The notes below the pieces were generated by a model that worked only from the letters and a program-made list of their open reading frames with translations, had not been told where the DNA came from and made no database searches. 20,000 bases of DNA from positions 56,587-76,586 of the IMG/VR virus record IMGVR_UViG_3300020185_000031; one strand, given 5' to 3'. The position numbers and the translations under genes are program-made. Below are positions 1 to 7,425 of this stretch, one piece after another (the stretch's first letter is position 1; each line of letters starts with the position of its first letter). The stretch is from an uncultured virus (IMG/VR IMGVR_UViG_3300020185_000031) (taxonomy: Duplodnaviria; Heunggongvirae; Uroviricota; Caudoviricetes).

Positions 1-1
1 A

Positions 2-1249
2 AACCAGTCGAACTATGAAATTTCTAATCCTAATCCATTTATTCTAGGAGAAACTTTATTTGCTAAGTTTATTGAGATTAAAGTTCCTACAGTTCTTGGT
101 AATCAAAATCCTGAATTTAATGATTTTTTCTATGGTGACAACACGCCTGGTTCTTCTGATATAAGCGATACTACAAACTACGGTATTAAGTTTAGTTTAA
201 TTGATAGAATTTCTACCGAATCTGGCTATGATTACATTCATTTAGGAGAAGAGAATTCTTTTACGGTTTCAAGAGAAGACGAATTCCAAGATTTTACCGC
301 AGTTATTGAAGAATCAAGCATTGGGGATTATTTTAATATTTATGGGGAAAGAGACGGAGAGGCAAGCGCGTTTGAGTCATATATACTAAACAGAATTAAC
401 ACATCTTCTGATGATATTATTGTAATGTATGATGTTACTCAATATGAGCAAGTTGGTCTTAATCAAATTAAGACTTACGATACGACGTTTACTCAATCTG
501 AAGATTTTGATACTCCTATTATTTATAGACCAGTTGTTATAAATAGTAATGTTGCAGTAAACTTCTCAATAGATGTTGTTATGAGGATTTATAATGAGAC
601 TGATAATACTCAAATCGTAAAAAGAGCTAGTTTAACATATAATAATGCTGTAAAATACGGCAATAGAATACAATCAGTAAACATATCTGGAAATAATACA
701 GTAACTGAAGTATTCAATACACTACCTAATCTTTCACAAAACAGAAGCGTTAGAGATGTTATTGCTGCATCTGTACCAAGAGCAACAAAATACGTTTCTA
801 CATTTATTGAGAGACATAACGTAGTTGCAGGGTTTACGCCAATTACATTCGCAGCAACAAGTACTACTGATAACCTAGATGAGGTATCTGAGACTGATCC
901 TTCTCAATTTGTAAGCGAACGCGAATTGACAATTAATGTTTCTCCATTTACTAATTACTACAAATTTAAAATAGGAAAATTAGAAGGAGATGCGGTAAGC
1001 TTAATGGACTTTAGTTCTTCTGAAAACCTTAGCCTTAACTTTATTAGCGGAGATGTCAGAAAAAAGTTTAATCACATTCCTAATAAAGACGTATTTATGG
1101 GATCTGGAGAGGTTTTATTTAAAATAGATAAAGGAAATATAAGCGAAATTTTAGGAATGTCGGATAAGGTGTTCTATATAGCTATCGACAACGGTAGCGA
1201 AGAGACTATGATTATTAGTGGTAGTTTCTACGATAAATTTGGTTCATAA
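2..1249 (+). CDS. 5'-truncated hypothetical protein, probably virion structural
   Basis: The frame of ORF 425..1249 is open from position 2 (NQSNYEISNPNPFILGETLFAKF...), so the gene starts before the window. It is rich in Asn/Ser/Thr/Asp and lies directly upstream of the gp3-like gene. Structural role is inferred from context only. Confidence 0.6.
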   Translation, partial: NQSNYEISNPNPFILGETLFAKFIEIKVPTVLGNQNPEFNDFFYGDNTPGSSDISDTTNYGIKFSLIDRISTESGYDYIHLGEENSFTVSREDEFQDFTAVIEESSIGDYFNIYGERDGEASAFESYILNRINTSSDDIIVMYDVTQYEQVGLNQIKTYDTTFTQSEDFDTPIIYRPVVINSNVAVNFSIDVVMRIYNETDNTQIVKRASLTYNNAVKYGNRIQSVNISGNNTVTEVFNTLPNLSQNRSVRDVIAASVPRATKYVSTFIERHNVVAGFTPITFAATSTTDNLDEVSETDPSQFVSERELTINVSPFTNYYKFKIGKLEGDAVSLMDFSSSENLSLNFISGDVRKKFNHIPNKDVFMGSGEVLFKIDKGNISEILGMSDKVFYIAIDNGSEETMIISGSFYDKFGS

Positions 1250-1250
1250 T

Positions 1251-1258
1251 TATAAATA
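1251..1258 (+). promoter_or_regulatory. TATAAATA, T4 late-promoter consensus (possible)
   Basis: Exact match to the T4 gp55 late promoter, 7 nt before the gp3-like start. A second copy is at 9409-9416. The AT-rich context makes chance or translation-initiation function possible. Confidence 0.35.
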
Positions 1259-1265
1259 ATAATAG

Positions 1266-1817
1266 ATGATATTAAATAGTAGAAATAATTTATATGATTT
1301 TAGGTTTCCTAGAAACTTTATACCAGAGGAGGTAGCTGATAAGTATCGAAAATATCTTAATAAGATTCCAGGCAACTTAATGGCCGAACCTATAGATTTT
1401 GTTAATTATTCGGTACAGGGTATAAATATACCTGGAATTTCTTTTGATCCAACTACTCAAGCAGATAACGATGGTACTACTAGGTATCATAGAGGTGCTG
1501 TACCAATTCAAAATACAATTGATAGACAGTTTACGGTAACAATGCAGTTACTTGATGGTTTTATTAATTATTGGATAATGCAAGACACTCTATTATATTA
1601 TTACGCAAGGTCGACTAAGAAGGCTTTTACTGAAGATCTAACCCTTAGAATATTAGACGCAGAAGGTGCTAGTGTTGCATATTTAAAGTTTAATAGCCCA
1701 ATAATGAATTCAATTAATGAACTTACGTTAAATATGAGTGAGAACGTTGCTGATTTTAGTACATATGAAGTTACTTTCTATTACAATAAGTTAGAATTAA
1801 AACTAGAAATAGAATAA
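1266..1817 (+). CDS. gp3: T4 gp3-like tail tube terminator / tail-tube-fold protein
   Basis: 183 aa. FVNYSVQGINIPGISF, FTVTMQL, YWIMQD, LTLRILD and YEVTFYY parallel, in order, the recalled T4 gp3 motifs (FTLNAQSVPIPGI, LIVRF, WIGMYEW, ITLYILD, TATIPY). Confidence 0.7.
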   Translation: MILNSRNNLYDFRFPRNFIPEEVADKYRKYLNKIPGNLMAEPIDFVNYSVQGINIPGISFDPTTQADNDGTTRYHRGAVPIQNTIDRQFTVTMQLLDGFINYWIMQDTLLYYYARSTKKAFTEDLTLRILDAEGASVAYLKFNSPIMNSINELTLNMSENVADFSTYEVTFYYNKLELKLEIE

Positions 1818-1829
1818 AATATATAAATC

Positions 1830-2207
1830 ATGAAAGATATTAAAACATTTAAAGAATACTTAGTAGAACAGCAAATAACTGATGCTGATTTATTAATTTT
1901 AACCGAAGGTCTACAAGAAGAGTGGACTCCTGAATTAGAAGCTAAAGTAGATGCAGCTATTAATGAATTCGTTAATGAATACTCTGATGAAGACGGTAAG
2001 CTTGACGTTAATAAATTTAATAATGAGTTAACTAACGAAGGTATTTTAGGTTCTATTTTTGGAGGACTTGCTGGATTTGCTCTCGGTAAATCAGTTGGTA
2101 AAATGATTGCCAAAGTTTTAGGAATTGAAAAAGGAATATTCTACGATTTATTAACTTCTAGACTTGTAGGTGCTGCATTAGGTGCTTCTCTAGGTAAAGG
2201 TAGATAA
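1830..2207 (+). CDS. Putative capsid-targeted protein with acidic pro-region and C-terminal glycine-zipper/amphipathic segment
   Basis: N-terminus MKDIKTFKEYLVE resembles the T4 capsid-targeting sequence. C-terminal GILGSIFGGLAGFALG...VGAALGASLG contains GxxxG repeats. Confidence 0.6.
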   Translation: MKDIKTFKEYLVEQQITDADLLILTEGLQEEWTPELEAKVDAAINEFVNEYSDEDGKLDVNKFNNELTNEGILGSIFGGLAGFALGKSVGKMIAKVLGIEKGIFYDLLTSRLVGAALGASLGKGR

Positions 2208-2852
2208 ATGAATTTTTTAGCAGTAGACTTTTCTCTTAATTCTCCAGGGGTATGTTTATATAATGATAAAAGTAAAACATATCATTTTATAGCATATATT
2301 AAACCAGGTACTGGAACTAAAAAAGAGCGCAAACTACAAGAAGAAATATCTCTTCTTAAGGACGTTACTTTAATTTATCAACCAGATTTTAGCAACGATG
2401 AATCATATTCTAGTGCTGAACTCTTAAAGATTAAGAGGTACGATAAAATGGCTGACGATATTATTAATTTAGTTCTCCAGAATTCTTTTACTGGAGACTC
2501 TTTTACTGTTGCATTTGAAGGTACTAGTTATGGTTCAAAGATGGGTACTAATAATATGATTGATATGGCAGCAGGAGCTGCTATTCTTAAACTCAAGCTC
2601 TTAAAAACTCTTAAACCCGAAGATCTTCAAACTATAGCTCCTACCTCTATTAAAAAGTTTATTAATAAAGGTAATATGAGTAAATCTGACATTTGGCCGT
2701 TTTTCTTAAGTAATACATATTGTAAAAAATCTGCACTAATTTCTTATTGTAATTCAGAGCTAGGTCCGGATATAACTAAGATTCCTAAGCCACTTGATGA
2801 TTTAGTGGATTCTTTTTATCTTGTTACTTTATTAAAAGAAGGTATTTCATAG
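2208..2852 (+). CDS. ruvC: RuvC-like Holliday junction resolvase / RNase H-fold nuclease
   Basis: N-terminal LAVDFSLNSPG, central VAFEGTSYGS, PTSIKKF and C-terminal DDLVDS give the acidic catalytic arrangement of phage RuvC-like proteins. Confidence 0.8.
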   Translation: MNFLAVDFSLNSPGVCLYNDKSKTYHFIAYIKPGTGTKKERKLQEEISLLKDVTLIYQPDFSNDESYSSAELLKIKRYDKMADDIINLVLQNSFTGDSFTVAFEGTSYGSKMGTNNMIDMAAGAAILKLKLLKTLKPEDLQTIAPTSIKKFINKGNMSKSDIWPFFLSNTYCKKSALISYCNSELGPDITKIPKPLDDLVDSFYLVTLLKEGIS

Positions 2853-2949
2853 ATATATAGTAGACGCATTCTTCCTAGCAGCTATGATTTCTAGCCCTAA
2901 AGACCAACCCCAAACCTTGTAACCTTATCTCTCCTTTGGAAACCTAAAG

Positions 2950-2977
2950 TTATATGCATCGTTTCTCCTTTTGTTTC
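2950..2977 (-). promoter_or_regulatory. Putative phage promoter on minus strand (GAAACA-N16-ATATAA)
   Basis: Reverse complement reads GAAACA aaaggagaaacgatgc ATATAA, the same bipartite motif as the three + strand copies with a spacer 1 nt longer. Confidence 0.5.
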
Positions 2978-3009
2978 AAAATGAATAAAAAAATATGTAA
3001 AATATTAGT

Positions 3010-3036
3010 GAAACATACTAATAAGTAGATATATAA
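3010..3036 (+). promoter_or_regulatory. Putative phage early/middle promoter (GAAACA-N15-ATATAA), overlapping a GATATATA motif
   Basis: GAAACA 3010-3015 and ATATAA 3031-3036. Identical spacing at 3166 and 15075. Confidence 0.65.
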
Positions 3037-3165
3037 TATGTATGGTTTTGAAGATATTCTTTAATCTACGGACTCTATTTAATAACAAAAAAGGCCATTG
3101 ATATGGCATCGCAAGCCGCGTAGGCATTAACACTAATAGAGATCTTTACAGTAGGACTAACTTTT

Positions 3166-3192
3166 GAAACAAAACCATTTATACTTATATAA
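3166..3192 (+). promoter_or_regulatory. Putative phage early/middle promoter (GAAACA-N15-ATATAA) for the gp32-primase-uvsY-uvsW block
   Basis: GAAACA 3166-3171 and ATATAA 3187-3192, 49 nt upstream of the gp32 start. Confidence 0.7.
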
Positions 3193-3241
3193 TAATAACA
3201 ATTAACATTTAAAGTTTAACAAATTAAAGGAAATTAAAGAC

Positions 3242-4153
3242 ATGGCAGATTTTGACATTTTTAACCTGGGAGTAGAAGACGTAGAGACGCATCAGCCCCA
3301 AGCAAACTCATCAGCAACAGTAGTTTACAAACCAACAGCAGATGATGGAAAAGACGGAACTTATAAAGCATTAATACGCTTCGTTCCAAATTCTGAGAAT
3401 CCAAGAAATTCTCTTATTCAAAAATACGTTCACTGGTTAACAGATTCGAACGGTAACGGTAAATTGGTAGATTCACCATCTTCAATCGGTGAAAAATGCC
3501 CTATTGCAGATGTATTTTGGAAACTTCGTAATAGTGATTCAGCAGTTGATAGAAAGGCTTCTGAAAAACTAAAGCGTCGCCAACAGTATTATGCATTAAT
3601 TAAGATTATCAAAGATCCACAAAACCCAGATCTAGATGGTACTTATAAAGTATTTAAATTCGGTTACAAAATTAAAGAAAAGATTGATGCTGAGTTAAAA
3701 CCAGATTTTGGTGAGCCAACTCAAGTGTTTGACCTTTTTGAAGGTAAAAACTTCGAGTTAATTATTACTCGACAAGGAGACTATAATAACTATGATAAAT
3801 CTAAATTCTCTTCTTCTCGTTCAGCTATCGTATTAGATGGAGAACCTGCAGAAAGAAGCAAAGAAACCATGGTTGCTATAAAGGCCGAATTAGATGAAGC
3901 ACCTTCTCTAGCATCTTATGATTATAAGGCATGGGATGGAGAAACTAGAGAGTTTGTAAATAACATATTGAAGATGTATTTAAACCCAGGAGATGCAATC
4001 TCTGAGGTAGCTATGCCTTCAAGAACAAATACAGAAAAGAAAGCAGAACCTAAAAAGGAAAAAGTTGCAGAAGCAGCTGGAACCAATGAATCAACGCCTA
4101 GTGTAAACACGGATGATGATCTAGACTCTTTCTTGAATGACCTCGACATCTAA
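3242..4153 (+). CDS. gp32: T4 gp32-like single-stranded DNA-binding protein
   Basis: ALIRFVP, EKCPI, KRRQQYYALIKIIKDPQNPDLDG, VFKFGYKI, FDLFEGKNF, NYDKSKF and the acidic tail DDDLDSFLNDLDI match gp32 family motifs. Confidence 0.93.
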   Translation: MADFDIFNLGVEDVETHQPQANSSATVVYKPTADDGKDGTYKALIRFVPNSENPRNSLIQKYVHWLTDSNGNGKLVDSPSSIGEKCPIADVFWKLRNSDSAVDRKASEKLKRRQQYYALIKIIKDPQNPDLDGTYKVFKFGYKIKEKIDAELKPDFGEPTQVFDLFEGKNFELIITRQGDYNNYDKSKFSSSRSAIVLDGEPAERSKETMVAIKAELDEAPSLASYDYKAWDGETREFVNNILKMYLNPGDAISEVAMPSRTNTEKKAEPKKEKVAEAAGTNESTPSVNTDDDLDSFLNDLDI

Positions 4154-5213
4154 GATACAATTAACAGAAGAGTTAAGACTTAAGATTATGAAAGCGCTGA
4201 AGGATGTATGTCTTTCAGCGCATTCTAATCATAATAAGCAGATGCTACAAGACATGCATGGTAGGATTACTATGGCATGCCCCTACTGTGGTGATTCTTA
4301 TACCGATGAAACAAAAAAGAGGGGTAACATGTATTGGGACACTCTACAATACCACTGTTATAATTGCGGACATCACACAGACATTAGAAACCTTCTCAAA
4401 GATCACGAGGTTAGACTTCCCAGTTCAGAAGATTCATTTACAATAATTGATTATATAAAACACAATAGATCAGTTACAACACAGGCTGATACACTAAAAC
4501 ACTCCGTATTTCAAAGCGTGAGCGATTTAGCAATTGAAGTTGATGAATTTAAAAAAGGATTTGGCGCTCATAAAATAGAACCTGGAGATTGGATTTGGCT
4601 ATATTTAAAAGGAAGATTACTACATAAAAAGAGTGATGAATTCTTATTTAGCCCAAGAGACAATAGACTTTGGATTCTAAACTTTACAAACGATGGTAAG
4701 ATTATATCTGCGCAAAGTCGTCGTATGAAAGGAAAAGGAGCAAGATACCTAACATATGATTTACCTAAACTATACGAAGAACTTGGTAAAAAATTAGAAC
4801 TTTCACAAGAAGATCTAGAAAAAATAACTAAGATATCAACGCTATTTGGTATAATGCAAGTAAACTTTCAAAGAAATGTTACCCTATTTGAAGGCCCTAT
4901 TGATGCCAAGTTTATGGTTAACTCGGTTGCTCTCGCAACTGCTGGAAGAAACACTGAAGAGTTTGATGAGATGGCAACGGTACGGTACTTGTTTGATAAT
5001 GATGATACTGGAATAAACAAAATGATACAAAAACTTAAGAAAGGTCGTCCTGTATTTATGTGGTCTAAATTTTTAAAAGAAAATAAATTAGATACATATC
5101 ATATCAAAGATTTAAATGAGTTAGTAGTCAAATGTTTTGAGCTTAAAAATCCAGCTCTTGCCAAAATGGACCAATATTTTACTACAAGCAAATTAGATCT
5201 ATGGTACATTTAG
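4137..5213 (+). CDS. gp61: T4 gp61-like DNA primase
   Basis: Zn ribbon CPYCGDS...YHCYNCG, TOPRIM EGPIDA and FDND, and KDLNE. Overlaps the gp32 3' end by 17 nt. Confidence 0.9.
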   Translation: MTSTSKIQLTEELRLKIMKALKDVCLSAHSNHNKQMLQDMHGRITMACPYCGDSYTDETKKRGNMYWDTLQYHCYNCGHHTDIRNLLKDHEVRLPSSEDSFTIIDYIKHNRSVTTQADTLKHSVFQSVSDLAIEVDEFKKGFGAHKIEPGDWIWLYLKGRLLHKKSDEFLFSPRDNRLWILNFTNDGKIISAQSRRMKGKGARYLTYDLPKLYEELGKKLELSQEDLEKITKISTLFGIMQVNFQRNVTLFEGPIDAKFMVNSVALATAGRNTEEFDEMATVRYLFDNDDTGINKMIQKLKKGRPVFMWSKFLKENKLDTYHIKDLNELVVKCFELKNPALAKMDQYFTTSKLDLWYI

Positions 5214-5419
5214 AAGATATAACAGCAACCGTGGAAAAAGATTTAGACGACTTTTACAAAGACAGAGATAGGTTTAAAGGACTAAAGCTGCTGGTAGGCT
5301 TTGAGGCTAATGATTATAACTTAGAGGCTCCTGAACTTGAAGTAGGAAAGGCTAAGTTTAAAAAGAAATTAAAGACAAGTACCTTTGTAAAGGGTAAAAA
5401 AGGAAGTTCACTATTTTAA
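5201..5419 (+). CDS. Hypothetical protein (72 aa, basic C-terminus)
   Basis: Fills the gap between primase and uvsY, with overlapping start and same strand. Confidence 0.6.
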   Translation: MVHLEDITATVEKDLDDFYKDRDRFKGLKLLVGFEANDYNLEAPELEVGKAKFKKKLKTSTFVKGKKGSSLF

Positions 5420-5429
5420 AATACAATTA

Positions 5430-5855
5430 ATGTCAAACAGCGATAAAATTTTAGCACTAGATAAAAAACTAAGTGAGCAACGATCGGTTTGGACTGGTAA
5501 AATAGGAGACCTTGCCAAATCTTTACGATATATCAACGGAATTGAAGACACTATAGCAATGCAACTTTCAAATCGTCAGATTTTAATAGAGCATATCGCA
5601 TATATTAATGTCAAGATAAAAGAACAGAAAAGAAAACTAGCTGATAGATATCGTGAAAAGTATCTAGAATACTATAACTTTGATTATAAATTAGGAGAAA
5701 GACAGAAAGAACAGTTCATACAAGCCGATTTGGCGGATGACGGAATCATTCTTTCTCATTTAGAGAACCAATTAGAATTCTTTAAAGAATCGGTAAAAAC
5801 CCTAGATAATATGGGATTTGCCATCCGAAACAGGTTAGTAATAAAAGACCTGTAG
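5430..5855 (+). CDS. uvsY: UvsY-like recombination mediator
   Basis: 141-aa helical protein with YLEYY, IQADLAD and C-terminal TLDNMGFAIRN (cf. T4 UvsY GFAIK), immediately upstream of uvsW. Confidence 0.75.
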   Translation: MSNSDKILALDKKLSEQRSVWTGKIGDLAKSLRYINGIEDTIAMQLSNRQILIEHIAYINVKIKEQKRKLADRYREKYLEYYNFDYKLGERQKEQFIQADLADDGIILSHLENQLEFFKESVKTLDNMGFAIRNRLVIKDL

Positions 5856-5881
5856 ACGTAAATAAAAAAACTGCGCCATGA

Positions 5882-7390
5882 ATGGAGCTCAGTTTAACAG
5901 AGAATAAACAATTGTTGAGAATAGATAGTGCTACTGCGCTAGAACTCGAGCAATTAAATATATCTTTAACAAAGAGAATTGACTCGTGGAGATTTAATCC
6001 ACTTGTCAAAAGAGGTGTTTGGGACGGGTATATTTCATATGTAAAAGACGACAAGTGGATTCCTGCCGGCTTATGGAAAGAGGTAATGGACGTATGTAAA
6101 GAGTACAAAATAGATCTTAAGATCCATGGAATCACTCAATTATTTGATCGTGAAATTAATCAAGAATCATTTCAAAAATGGTCATCAGACTTCTTTAATG
6201 ATTCAGAAATTAAACCAAGAGACTATCAAATTGACGCTGCGTTTAATATATTAAAATTTAGAAAGTGTTTATCAGAATTAGCAACATCTGCTGGTAAGAC
6301 TTTAATTTCATTTTTAACAGTTGCATATATATTAGAAAAACAAAAAGCAGAAAAGGTTTTATTTATAGTACCTAATGTTTCTCTTGTAATTCAAGCAAGC
6401 GAGGACTTTACTGATTACAACTACAAAAATCAAGTCAATATTAAAATACAACAAATTTATTCTGGACAAAAAATTAGAGCAGGTAGGAATGTAGTGATAG
6501 GAACATATCAATCGCTAATTAAAAAACCAACTGAATACTTTGACCAATTTGAAGCTGTTATAATTGATGAAACGCATAAGGCAAAATCACAGTCAATTAA
6601 AACTATTCTATCTAAATGCAAAAACGCAGAATATAGATATGGTCTATCTGGTACTATACCTAAAACAGGAACGCTAGATAGATTAACATTAATGTCGTAT
6701 ACTGGGCCATTAATAACTGAGGTAAGTGCAAACTTTTTACAAAATGAAGGGTATATCGCTGGATGTAGAGTAAAAGTAATTGAAATGGATTATGCGACAC
6801 AAGGAGCAAAAGATGCTTTTAAAGAAATGGCTTTCAATAAATATGAAAGCAAAGACGTATTTAAATTCGAGCAAAATTATATTATTAATTCAACCGGACG
6901 TCTTAATTTTATTTGTAATATTATTTCTAGAGTACGTGGCAATAGCCTAGTGCTTTTTCACAGAATTGAACATGGTAAAAAAATATATGATAAACTTAGA
7001 CAAGATGGTGATAAGATCATATACTATGTTGATGGAGGTACTGACAAGGATATTAGAGAAGAATATAAAAAGAAAATGGAGCTAGGAGACGAAGTAGTTA
7101 TCGTAGCGTCTTATGGAACTTTTTCTACCGGTATTTCAATTAATAAAATGCATAATATATTTTTCACAGAATCGTTTAAATCAGAAGTTATTATTAGACA
7201 ATCAATTGGACGTGGTCTTAGGCAACATGCATCAAAAGACAGTGTTACTATCGTAGATTTTGTAGACGATATATCAAGTCCAGATTGGGATAATTATCTA
7301 ATTAGACACTCGAAGGCTAGACAAAAAATATACAATGAACAAAAGTTTAAGTTTGATGTTAAAAAGGTCAAATTTGAAGGAGATATATAA
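5882..7390 (+). CDS. uvsW: UvsW-like SF2 DNA helicase
   Basis: WDG N-terminal motif, PRDYQ (Q motif), LATSAGKT (Walker A), DETH, SGT, QSIGRGLR; 502 aa. Confidence 0.93.
   Translation: MELSLTENKQLLRIDSATALELEQLNISLTKRIDSWRFNPLVKRGVWDGYISYVKDDKWIPAGLWKEVMDVCKEYKIDLKIHGITQLFDREINQESFQKWSSDFFNDSEIKPRDYQIDAAFNILKFRKCLSELATSAGKTLISFLTVAYILEKQKAEKVLFIVPNVSLVIQASEDFTDYNYKNQVNIKIQQIYSGQKIRAGRNVVIGTYQSLIKKPTEYFDQFEAVIIDETHKAKSQSIKTILSKCKNAEYRYGLSGTIPKTGTLDRLTLMSYTGPLITEVSANFLQNEGYIAGCRVKVIEMDYATQGAKDAFKEMAFNKYESKDVFKFEQNYIINSTGRLNFICNIISRVRGNSLVLFHRIEHGKKIYDKLRQDGDKIIYYVDGGTDKDIREEYKKKMELGDEVVIVASYGTFSTGISINKMHNIFFTESFKSEVIIRQSIGRGLRQHASKDSVTIVDFVDDISSPDWDNYLIRHSKARQKIYNEQKFKFDVKKVKFEGDI
7382..7389 (+). 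promoter_or_regulatory. GATATATA putative late promoter for the accessory (head-internal protein) block
   Basis: Embedded in the last uvsW codons, 36 nt before ORF 7426. The same octamer occurs at 2852, 3028, 16556 and 19545, all at gene boundaries. Confidence 0.55.
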
Positions 7391-7425
7391 AGAGTAAAAT
7401 ACTATAAAAATAAAATAATAAGGTA

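Noticed and set aside
3038..3064. Mini-ORF MYGFEDIL* after the 3010 promoter
   Set aside because: Only 8 codons, and the ATG lies at or before the expected transcription start.
4204..4446. 80-aa + strand ORF nested in primase
   Set aside because: Out-of-frame overlap with the conserved zinc-ribbon region; no motif or initiation support.
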